From the NCBI GenBank assembly GCA_965207735.1, contig OZ242296.1, positions 2,848,001 through 2,912,000 of the forward strand: a stretch of DNA of 64,000 nt, written 5' to 3'. This DNA is from Candidatus Versatilivorator sp. GTDB taxonomy: Bacteria > Acidobacteriota > Terriglobia > Versatilivoradales > Versatilivoraceae. The notes under the pieces are model-generated. The model was given only the letters and a program-made list of their open reading frames with translations. It searched no databases and was not told where the DNA came from. Below are positions 1 through 8,035 of the stretch, piece after piece. Position 1 is the first letter of the stretch. Each line of letters starts with the position of its first letter. A program made the translations under genes and the position numbers.

Positions 1-405
1 GCCGCCGCGGCGCTGGCGGTCCTGGCCCTGCCGGGTGCCTGCGTTCCGGTGGGAGAGGATTCGATCGAGGTCACGGCCACGGCCTACAACTCCCATCCGA
101 GCCAGACCGACGATACTCCCAACGTAGCTGCCTGGGGGGACAGGCTGGAGCCGGGCATGAGGGCCATCGCCGTCTCCCGCGACCTGATCCCGCTGGGCTT
201 CGTGCGCGGTGCGCGGGTGAGGATTGAAGGATTCCCCGGCGGGCGCTTCGTCGTTCTGGACCGAATGCACTATCGCTGGCGCCGGCGCATCGACATCTAC
301 ATGGGTGACGACATCAAGGCGGCGCGGGAGTGGGGAAGGCGCCGCGTCCGGGTCTACTGGTTCTCCAGTTGGATCCGGAACAGTGTGAAACCCCGCAAGC
401 GCTGA
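1..405 (+). CDS. 3D-domain protein, probable lipoprotein (5' end outside window)
   Basis: Frame open from base 1 (AAAALAVLALPGACVP...); motifs VTATAYNS, IAVSRDL, VLDRM, RIDIYM, AREWGRR typical of 3D domain. Confidence 0.8.
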   Translation, partial: AAAALAVLALPGACVPVGEDSIEVTATAYNSHPSQTDDTPNVAAWGDRLEPGMRAIAVSRDLIPLGFVRGARVRIEGFPGGRFVVLDRMHYRWRRRIDIYMGDDIKAAREWGRRRVRVYWFSSWIRNSVKPRKR

Positions 406-421
406 ACAGGAGTTTGAAATC

Positions 422-1465
422 GTGAACCAGCCAACCTACCGCGCGGGAATCATCGGCCTGGGGTTTATCGGTGCTGCCGACCAAACCTCCGGCGATGCCC
501 TGGGGCAACAGGTTGAGAACCTGGATGGCACCCACCTGGGAGCTCTGGCGGGACACCCGAGGATTCAACTGGTGGCGGGAAGCAGCCGCGATCCGGGGCG
601 GCGGTCCCGCTTTGAAGAGCGCGCCGGGGTTCCCGGCTACGCCGACTGGAGCGAGATGATTGCCGCCCAATCCCTCGACCTGGTGAGCGTGGCCACCTAC
701 ACGCCGGTGCACGAGGAGATCACCGTGGCTTGCGCACGCAGCGGAATCCGGGCCATCTATTGCGAAAAGCCCATGGCCTCCCGCATCGCGGAGGGGGAGC
801 GGATGCTGCGGGCCTGCCGGGAGTCGGGAGCTCTCCTGGCGGTCAATCACAACCGGCGGTTTCATCCCAGCTATCGCCGCCTGCGCGACCTTATCGGCGA
901 CGGGGGCTTGGGTGAGTTGACCTCGGTCAACGTGCAGTGGAGCAGCGGGCGCCTGGGCAATGTCGGCACCCACCTGTTCGACGCCATCTGCATGGTGACT
1001 GGGCGTCGGGTAGAAGCCGTCTCAGCCACCCTGGATCCGGCGGGGAAGCCCGACTGCCGCGGCCCGGCCTTTCAAGATCCCGGCGGGTGGGGCTTGATGC
1101 GACTGGAAGGCGGGCTGATGGTCACCGTGGATGCCTCGGACTATGCGAGGGTCCCCATGAGCCTGACCTTCAACGGAAGCAAGGGACGAGCCCTGACCGG
1201 AGGGGACGACGTGAGTCTGGAGTACTGGGACGGCAGGCAGGAACAATGGCCCAGCCTGCGCAGTCGGGCCACCGGCATGGACCGGGCGGTGCAGGAGATC
1301 GTGGCTTGGTTGGACGGTTGCGGGCCCTTCGCCTACGACGCCGCAGAAGCCCTGCAGGTGCTGGAAAGCATCGTGGCGTTCCACGTCTCCCACGACCGCT
1401 CGGGCGCCTGGACGGAGCTACCGCTGCAGGGAGAGGACCGTAACCGCCTGTTGAACAGCGGCTGA
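422..1465 (+). CDS. Gfo/Idh/MocA family oxidoreductase
   Basis: GIIGLGFIG Rossmann motif, CEKPMA, NHNRRF, GTHLFD; RBS AGGAG upstream. Confidence 0.9.
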   Translation: MNQPTYRAGIIGLGFIGAADQTSGDALGQQVENLDGTHLGALAGHPRIQLVAGSSRDPGRRSRFEERAGVPGYADWSEMIAAQSLDLVSVATYTPVHEEITVACARSGIRAIYCEKPMASRIAEGERMLRACRESGALLAVNHNRRFHPSYRRLRDLIGDGGLGELTSVNVQWSSGRLGNVGTHLFDAICMVTGRRVEAVSATLDPAGKPDCRGPAFQDPGGWGLMRLEGGLMVTVDASDYARVPMSLTFNGSKGRALTGGDDVSLEYWDGRQEQWPSLRSRATGMDRAVQEIVAWLDGCGPFAYDAAEALQVLESIVAFHVSHDRSGAWTELPLQGEDRNRLLNSG

Positions 1466-1494
1466 TCCGCATTTCTCGCCGGGGGTTCGAGTGG

Positions 1495-1700
1495 AGCCGC
1501 AAAGCGGCGGCAGCAGGTAGCCGTGGGCGTAAGCCCATGGTATACGTCTCATAAGGGACTTGAGCCGCGAAGGCGGCGTCAGCAAATGCCCTGATCGAAA
1601 GTCAAGCGCAAGCCGACGCAATGACGAATTTCAGCTGCCAGTACGCTGCATGATCGGGCCTCCTTGAGAGCCGCGAATGCGGCGGCAGCAATCATTCCTG
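1495..1700. repeat. REP-like palindrome cluster (AGCCGCGAAG(G)CGGCG / CCRTGGGCGTMAGCCCATGG family)
   Basis: Three AGCCGC..GCGGCG palindromes plus CCGTGGGCGTAAGCCCATGG hairpin between convergent genes; same units at 20807-21050. Confidence 0.75.
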
Positions 1701-1761
1701 GTGTTGAATTTAAGAAATTAACGTCCCAGCCGATGCCAGGACCCCCGGTGAGAAATGCCGG

Positions 1762-3090
1762 CTAGCCCAGGACCCGGTCCAGCGCCTTCTCCATGGCTGC
1801 AACCAAACCGGTGATGTGCCGCTCCTCCATGGGCAGCGACAAGGCGCACATGCTGAGGGTGTGGCTCAGGAAGTACCCTTCCTTCAGCAAGGCCAGGAAG
1901 ACCTGGTGACTCAAGGCCCGGTCGGCGCGGGCCAGGTCGCGGTAGGTCTCCAGCTTGCCCTCCACGAAGTAGATGCTGAAGACCGAGCCCGTATTGATGG
2001 CCTGAGCCTGGACGCCCCGGCGGGCGAAGAGGTGGTTCAACCCGGCGATCAGCCGGTCCGCCAGGCCGTTGAGGTGGTCGAAGGCCGCGGGCGTCAATTC
2101 TCGCAATGTTGCCAGGCCGGCAGCCATGGTCATGGGGTTGGCGCTGAAGCTTCCGCTCTGGGAAAAGCCGGTCGGCCCCCGGCTGGGATCCAGCAGGTCC
2201 ATGACATCGGCCCGGCCGCCGAAAGCCCCCACCGGAAACCCGCCCCCCACGATCTTTCCAAAGCAGGTCAGATCCGGATCGATACCGAATTGGGCTTGCA
2301 GGCCGCCTCTGCCGGCGCGAAAGCCGACAATTTCGTCGAAAATCAGCAGCAGCCCCTGTCTTCGGGTGATCTCTCTCACGGCGCGGGCGAATTCCGGCCG
2401 AACCGGGAGCATCCCCGCCTTGGGGTCGAAGATGACACAGGCCAGGTCCCGGGCGTGTTCTTCGACGAGCCTGGCGACAGCGGCCTCGTCGTTGTAGGGA
2501 AGCGCCAGCACCTCGCCGGCCGCGTGGGGCGACATCCCTCCGGCGCCGGGTACGGAATGCGGAGCCTGGATCGGTCCCGCCCGGTCCAAGGGCGGAAACA
2601 CGCTGACTTCCACCGCGTCGTGGCTGCCGTGGTAGCCGCCTTCGAACTTGGCGATCCTGGACTTTCGGCTGAACCCTCGGGCCAGCCGAACCGCGTGCAG
2701 GGTGGCTTCGGTGCCGGAGTTCACGAACCGGACCCGGTCCAGGCTGGCGACCCGGCGGCACATTTCGGCGGCCATGTCGGTCTCGATGCCTGTGGGGGCG
2801 CCCAGGGCGATTCCCTGATCCAGCTGGGCCCGAACGGCCTCCATGACCTTGGGATGGTTGTGGCCCAGGATCTGGGTGGAGTGGTGGTTGGCGAAGTCCA
2901 CATAGCGGTGCCCGTCGATGTCTTCCAGGATGCACCCCCGGGCTCTGGCCATGGTCAGGGGATAGGGCTGAAAGAAGTAGGCGCCCTTGGCCGGTCCGGC
3001 CGTCACCGGCCCGCCTCGTCGAAAGGCGTCGGCCGAGTTGGGCGTGCGCTTCTTGTATTCCTCTTCCACCGAGTTCGCTTGCTCCGTCAT
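1762..3090 (-). CDS. Class III aminotransferase (glutamate-1-semialdehyde aminomutase-like)
   Basis: DIDGHRYVDF, NSGTEA, FEGGYHG, FDEIVGFR, TCFGKIVGGG motifs; true start MTEQANS at 3090, RBS displaced by intron. Confidence 0.9.
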   Translation of the reverse strand: MTEQANSVEEEYKKRTPNSADAFRRGGPVTAGPAKGAYFFQPYPLTMARARGCILEDIDGHRYVDFANHHSTQILGHNHPKVMEAVRAQLDQGIALGAPTGIETDMAAEMCRRVASLDRVRFVNSGTEATLHAVRLARGFSRKSRIAKFEGGYHGSHDAVEVSVFPPLDRAGPIQAPHSVPGAGGMSPHAAGEVLALPYNDEAAVARLVEEHARDLACVIFDPKAGMLPVRPEFARAVREITRRQGLLLIFDEIVGFRAGRGGLQAQFGIDPDLTCFGKIVGGGFPVGAFGGRADVMDLLDPSRGPTGFSQSGSFSANPMTMAAGLATLRELTPAAFDHLNGLADRLIAGLNHLFARRGVQAQAINTGSVFSIYFVEGKLETYRDLARADRALSHQVFLALLKEGYFLSHTLSMCALSLPMEERHITGLVAAMEKALDRVLG

Positions 3091-3095
3091 GTTGG

Positions 3096-5090
3096 GTAGA
3101 GTCGAGGGGAGGCGCGCCGGCCTTAGATCGAGGGAGTCGCTGTTGCCGGCGGCTTTCGCCACTCGCCGGTGCCTCAATCTCGTTCCTCGCTGCGTTTCCT
3201 CGCCCCCGCTCGTCAAACCGGACGTGCGGTTTTCCCGCATCCGGCTTTCAGTCAAGATCATGCCTTCGCCCTCGGAAGGCTCTGTGGCTTCGACCCCAGG
3301 CAAGTGAGTCCATAGGTTTTCCATAGTCTCTCGTCCGAGAAGCGCACACTCCCCCCGGTCCTCACCTTGTGCTTCCGACAGAGCCACTGACGCAGCCGCC
3401 CGCCCGCGTGGCGGTCGATCGCTCGGTAGGCCGGGCTCACCTGCCCCAGAACGAAGTAGTTCGCCCACCCGGTCATCGCCCGGTTCAGGTGTTCTACCAT
3501 CTGTCCTCGAAGCAGCGTCCCGTTCCTCGGCGCCGTCCACTCGCTGATCTTGCGGCAGATGCTCTGGACGCTCGCCTGGCTGGGTCGTGTGCCGATGTAG
3601 GCTCCTTTCCCTTTGGGGCGATAGTTGCGTCCGATGCGATATCCCAGAAACCCCATCGGTTCCTCCGGACACCGCAAGCATCGGGTCTTCCGCTCGTTGA
3701 CCGGTAGCTTCAGCTCCTCCATGATCCGCTTGACCGCCGTCAGCATCTCTGCCGCCGGTGCCCTGCCGAGTACACGGAAGTCATCCGCATAGTTGACGAT
3801 CTCCGCACAGAAGCGCCGGGCATATCCCAGCACCTTCCAGCCCAAAACGAAGCGCCGCATGTAGAGATTGCTGAGCAACGGTGAGATCGGGGCTCCTTGC
3901 GGTGTCCCCTTCCGCTCCCGGCGCCCTCGGTTCCGGCGGCGTCTGCCACCCTTCCCGTCGTCCTCCTCCACCGGCATCTCCAGCCATGCCTTGATGAGCT
4001 TGAGCATCCTCCCGTCACTCACGCGCCGGGCAATGCTTCGAATCAGCTCCGCATGCGGAATCTCGCCGAAGTAGTTGGACAGGTCGCCGTCAACCACCTC
4101 CTGGTAACCCCTTTGCAGGAGTTCATGCACGCGTTTGACCGCGTCGTTGGCACTCCGCCCCCGCCGATAGCCATATTGCTCCGGTTGCAGGTCCGCTTCG
4201 AAGATCGGCTCCAACACCAGCAAAGCCGCCGTCTGCGCTACCCGGTCCCGTATGCAGGGTATGCCCAAAGGCCGGAACTTGCCGGGCTGTTTCTTCGGGA
4301 TCAGCACCTGCCGCACCGGCTTCGGTACGTAGGTTCCTTCCCTCAGATCCCGCGCCAGTTCCCCCAGCCAGCCCTCCACCCCATACGCCTCGATGTCCTT
4401 GAAGCCCTCCCCGTCCACCCCGGCCGACCCGCCGTTTCGGCGTACCTGTGCCCAGGCTTCCTTCAGAAAGTCCTCTCGCCACACCTTGTCCGACAGCGCA
4501 TGAAACCGCCGCTTGGGGTCCTCCTTCGCTTTCGCATGTAGCATGGTCTGGAATTTCCGAACCCCCTCTGACCCTGTTAGACTCTTGTCAGTGGCCACGC
4601 CTTGCCTCCTTTCCATGCTGCTCTCAACTCAGGGTCCCTTCCCTCCACCGGCGTTACCCGGCTTCTCCGGTACTACCGACCCATCCGCCACCCTGACGGC
4701 CCGGCCTGCCCCTCGCGGGGTCCCGGTTGATGTGTGCCGCATCTCCCCCAGGGCTTCCCGTGTTGCTGCCTTCTTCCCCTTCCATGCGTGCCAGCGTCAC
4801 TACCCCGACGGAAGCGGATCGGTGCCCGCGTCGCTCTCTTCCCCATCCGCCAACGGCCTTCCCCTAAAGACAGGAGGGTCGGCTTCCGTATTGTCCGTTT
4901 CGAGGCCTGCTCGACGTTCACTCGCGTTCCGGCCCGCATGCTCGCTGAGCCGCCCTTGGCGGCCCTTGACCCCAGAGTGCTTCAGACCATTTCGTTACCT
5001 CCATGATCCGCCCTGGCTGCTACCAACCGGAGCGACAGTTGTTGGGCGGGGTTCGCACCCGCCAGAAGAAGGCGCCTTTCCACGGCGCAC
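3096..5090 (-). mobile_element. Group II intron, copy 1 (1,995 bp)
   Basis: 5' GTGCG at 5090, 3' ...CTCTAC at 3096, domain V GAAAGCCGGATGCGGGAAAACCGCACGTCCGGTTTG (~3214-3250), long domain VI; ends confirmed by alignment with copy 2. Confidence 0.95.
3258..4616 (-). CDS. ltrA: Group II intron reverse transcriptase/maturase, no endonuclease domain
   Basis: RPLGIPCIRDR, GTPQGAPISPLLSN, YADD, FLGY and X domain; ends directly before domain V. Confidence 0.95.
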   Translation of the reverse strand: MERRQGVATDKSLTGSEGVRKFQTMLHAKAKEDPKRRFHALSDKVWREDFLKEAWAQVRRNGGSAGVDGEGFKDIEAYGVEGWLGELARDLREGTYVPKPVRQVLIPKKQPGKFRPLGIPCIRDRVAQTAALLVLEPIFEADLQPEQYGYRRGRSANDAVKRVHELLQRGYQEVVDGDLSNYFGEIPHAELIRSIARRVSDGRMLKLIKAWLEMPVEEDDGKGGRRRRNRGRRERKGTPQGAPISPLLSNLYMRRFVLGWKVLGYARRFCAEIVNYADDFRVLGRAPAAEMLTAVKRIMEELKLPVNERKTRCLRCPEEPMGFLGYRIGRNYRPKGKGAYIGTRPSQASVQSICRKISEWTAPRNGTLLRGQMVEHLNRAMTGWANYFVLGQVSPAYRAIDRHAGGRLRQWLCRKHKVRTGGSVRFSDERLWKTYGLTCLGSKPQSLPRAKA

Positions 5091-5150
5091 TGCCCTTTCC
5101 GGGTTTAACCGAAGGCGAGGTTTCGATGTCCTGCCGTCGATTCTTGTCCT

Positions 5151-5235
5151 ACACGGATATACAGGATGGACAGGATCAACAGGATCGCCTGATTCTCCAT
5201 CCCGAAAATCCTGTCTATCCTATCTATCGATGTTT
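5151..5235. repeat. ACAGGAT/ATCCTGT imperfect palindromic repeat
   Basis: ACAGGATGGACAGGATCAACAGGAT ... ATCCTGTCTATCCTAT inverted arrangement in an intergenic region. Confidence 0.55.
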
Positions 5236-5446
5236 CTTTCCATATTGCCGGCATCCGCTGGAACTCCGCCACGCACAGCGGGAAACAGTGCCATGCCGTT
5301 TGTACCAGTTTCCCGCCCCCCGGCGCCAGAGAAACCTCCACGACCCAGGCGCCGGCTGCCTTTTGACTTCCAGGGGGCCTTGCCATAAAATCGGCCGCAA
5401 TCGGTTGTGTCAGGCTCGGGCCATTCTCCAGTTGGCTGAGGTGAGT

Positions 5447-6298
5447 ATGCGAACTCTAGCAAGACGGTTGCCGTTTCCGGTTCTTGCCATCTTGACTGTC
5501 GTCCTGGGATCGACCCCTGCAATCCCGGCCCTGGCGGTGGCGGAGGAAGAGGAGAGGAAGCAGAACCCCTACAAGGGGGACCCGGAAGCCGTTCTGGTCG
5601 GGAAGGGCCTCTTTCGCTACTACTGCGCCGGCTGCCACGGAATGGAAGGCGGCGGGGGATTTCGCGGGCCGGACCTTGTCCGAGGGCAGCTCACCCATGT
5701 TGTGGACGATCACGACATGCTGGATGTGGTGAGGAACGGAATCCAGGGAACCCAGATGCCTGCCCAGACGCTTCCCGACAGTAACCTGTGGCGCATGATC
5801 GCCTTCATCACCGATCTCCGCTCCAAGGCCCGACCTCAGGAATTGAGCGGAGACTGGAAATCGGGGCGGGAGATCTTCAGCGGCAAGGGGTATTGCTCCG
5901 GTTGCCACATGGTTCGAGGAGAGGGAGGCCGCTTCGGCCCCGACCTGACGGGCATCGGAAACACTCGCCCCTGGGAGTCTTTCCGGGAAGCCATGCGGGA
6001 GCCCAGCGCTCAGTTCAAGAATGTCCTGCAGGCGGACGGGCGGATGGCGGGCGGCTACGAGTCGGTCCGAATGGTGACCGCCGCGGGAGAGCAGATTACC
6101 GGTGTCGTGCGCAACGAGGACACCTACACCATCCAGGTGCTGGACCAGCAGGAGAACTACCACAGCTATCGCAAGAGCGAGCTCCGGGAACTCGCCCACT
6201 TGGACCATTCGCTGATGCCGGCTTATTCGGAAAGCGCGCTTTCCGACCAGGACTTGAGGGACCTGCTGATTTTCCTCACTCGTCCGGCCGCGGAGTGA
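5447..6298 (+). CDS. Exported di-heme c-type cytochrome with C-terminal accessory domain
   Basis: Signal peptide MRTLARRL..., CAGCH and CSGCH motifs, GPDL motifs; directly upstream of PQQ dehydrogenase. Confidence 0.85.
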   Translation: MRTLARRLPFPVLAILTVVLGSTPAIPALAVAEEEERKQNPYKGDPEAVLVGKGLFRYYCAGCHGMEGGGGFRGPDLVRGQLTHVVDDHDMLDVVRNGIQGTQMPAQTLPDSNLWRMIAFITDLRSKARPQELSGDWKSGREIFSGKGYCSGCHMVRGEGGRFGPDLTGIGNTRPWESFREAMREPSAQFKNVLQADGRMAGGYESVRMVTAAGEQITGVVRNEDTYTIQVLDQQENYHSYRKSELRELAHLDHSLMPAYSESALSDQDLRDLLIFLTRPAAE

Positions 6299-6404
6299 AG
6301 GTGTCGAGAGGGGTGGGTTCGAGTTGTCCAGACAGAGCTGCCGCGCGCGGTCCCTTTATGGGCCGGCCGGTTGGCGCAGGGGTTGAATCCGAAGAGGAGA
6401 ACCG

Positions 6405-8018
6405 ATGAAGCGATCATGGTTTGTGCCGGCAATGTGCCTGTCGCTGATATTTCCCGGCTTGACCGGCTTGTCCCGGGCGGGCGAGGTGACCAGCGAACGA
6501 TTGGTGCGGGCCCTGGAGGAGCCGCAGAACTGGCTCACCTACCGGGGAGATTACAGCGGCCGCAACTACCGCCCGCTCAAGCAGATTCACAAGGGCAACG
6601 TGACCGACCTGCGGGTCGACTGGGTGTTTCAGACCGGCGTGGGAGCTGCCGCCAAGTTCCAGACCGTACCCCTGGTGGTGGACGGGATGATGTACATCAC
6701 CGCTCCCTACAACAACGGCTATGCCCTGGACGCTCGAACGGGGCGGCGCCTCTGGAGATACCAGCGCAGCCTGCCCGACCAGAGCCTCTGCTGCGGGCCC
6801 ATCAATCGAGGATTCGCTCTGCTGCGGGACAAGTTGTTCATGGCCACCCTCGACTCCCACCTGGTGGCCCTGGATACCAAGACCGGAAATGTCCTCTGGG
6901 ACATCGAGCGGGCCGACTACCGAGTCGGCTACAGCTCCACCGGGGCTCCCCTCATCGTCAAGGACAAGGTCATTATCGGAACCGGAGGGGGTGAGTACGG
7001 TGTCCGATGCTTCGTGGATGCCTACGATCCCGACACCGGCAAGCGGCTGTGGCGGTTCTGGACCATTCCGGCCGCCGGAGAGCCCGGCTCGGAATCCTGG
7101 CTGGGGGACTCCTGGAAGACGGGAGGATCGCCCACCTGGATGACGGGAACCTACGATCCTGAGCTGGACCTGCTCTACTGGTGCACCGGGAACCCGGCCC
7201 CCGATCTCAACGGGGAGACCCGCCTGGGCGACAATCTCTATTCGGCCTCAGTGGTGGCTCTGGACCCCGACACCGGCAAGATGAAGTGGTACTTCCAGTT
7301 CACGCCTCACGACGTCCACGACTGGGACGCCAACGAGGTTCCGGTGCTGCTGGATCTCGAAATGGACGGCAAGCCCAGAAAGCTGCTGGTCCAGTCCAAC
7401 CGCAACGGTTTCTACTACGTCCTGGACAGGGAAACCGGAGAGTTCCTCCACGCCAACGCGGTGGCTCGGGTCACCTGGGCCTCCGGAATCGACTCCAAGG
7501 GGCGGCCTCAGGTGCTTCCCAACACGGACCCGACCCCGGAGGGCAACCGGCAGTGCCCCGGAATGGGAGGAGGGTCCAACTGGATGGCGCCTTCCTACAA
7601 TCCCGATGCCGGCCTGCTATACGTGGTGGTTCGGGAGGAGTGCACCAACTACTTCAGCAGCGAGCAGGAGTTGGAGCCGGGGCACTTCTGGCTGGGGAGT
7701 TTTCCGCAAGTCAAGCCCGACGAAGATACCTGGGGCGTGGTCAAGGCCCTGGTGCCCACCACCGGAGAAGTCAAGTGGGAGTTCAAGTTCCACACGCCGA
7801 CCTGGGCGGGAACCCTCTCCACGGCGGGAGGGCTGGTCTTCGTGGGCGACATGGAGGGCTATCTCACCGCGCTGGATGCCCACACCGGCAAGAGCCTGTG
7901 GCGGTTCCAGACCGGGTCGCCCATCACCACCCACCCCATCACCTATATGCTGGACGGCAAGCAGATCGTGGCCGTGGCCACCGGCAGCAATCTCTTCACC
8001 TTCAGCCTGGCGCCCTGA
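6405..8018 (+). CDS. PQQ-dependent dehydrogenase, alcohol dehydrogenase family
   Basis: Signal peptide, vicinal CC (LCCGPINRG), W-motif propeller repeats, GDNLYS, HDVHDWDANE, QSNRNGF. Confidence 0.92.
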   Translation: MKRSWFVPAMCLSLIFPGLTGLSRAGEVTSERLVRALEEPQNWLTYRGDYSGRNYRPLKQIHKGNVTDLRVDWVFQTGVGAAAKFQTVPLVVDGMMYITAPYNNGYALDARTGRRLWRYQRSLPDQSLCCGPINRGFALLRDKLFMATLDSHLVALDTKTGNVLWDIERADYRVGYSSTGAPLIVKDKVIIGTGGGEYGVRCFVDAYDPDTGKRLWRFWTIPAAGEPGSESWLGDSWKTGGSPTWMTGTYDPELDLLYWCTGNPAPDLNGETRLGDNLYSASVVALDPDTGKMKWYFQFTPHDVHDWDANEVPVLLDLEMDGKPRKLLVQSNRNGFYYVLDRETGEFLHANAVARVTWASGIDSKGRPQVLPNTDPTPEGNRQCPGMGGGSNWMAPSYNPDAGLLYVVVREECTNYFSSEQELEPGHFWLGSFPQVKPDEDTWGVVKALVPTTGEVKWEFKFHTPTWAGTLSTAGGLVFVGDMEGYLTALDAHTGKSLWRFQTGSPITTHPITYMLDGKQIVAVATGSNLFTFSLAP

Positions 8019-8035
8019 GATCGGGTGGTTGCGGC

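Noticed and set aside
1762-3681. 639-aa ORF suggesting a long N-terminal extension of the aminotransferase
   Set aside because: The extension is an alternate frame of the intron 3' end; the same peptide reappears at 50227-50934 with copy 2
3258-4616. RT as retron, DGR or CRISPR-associated RT
   Set aside because: It has an X domain and is embedded in a complete group II ribozyme; no template/variable repeat pair, msr-msd or cas genes seen
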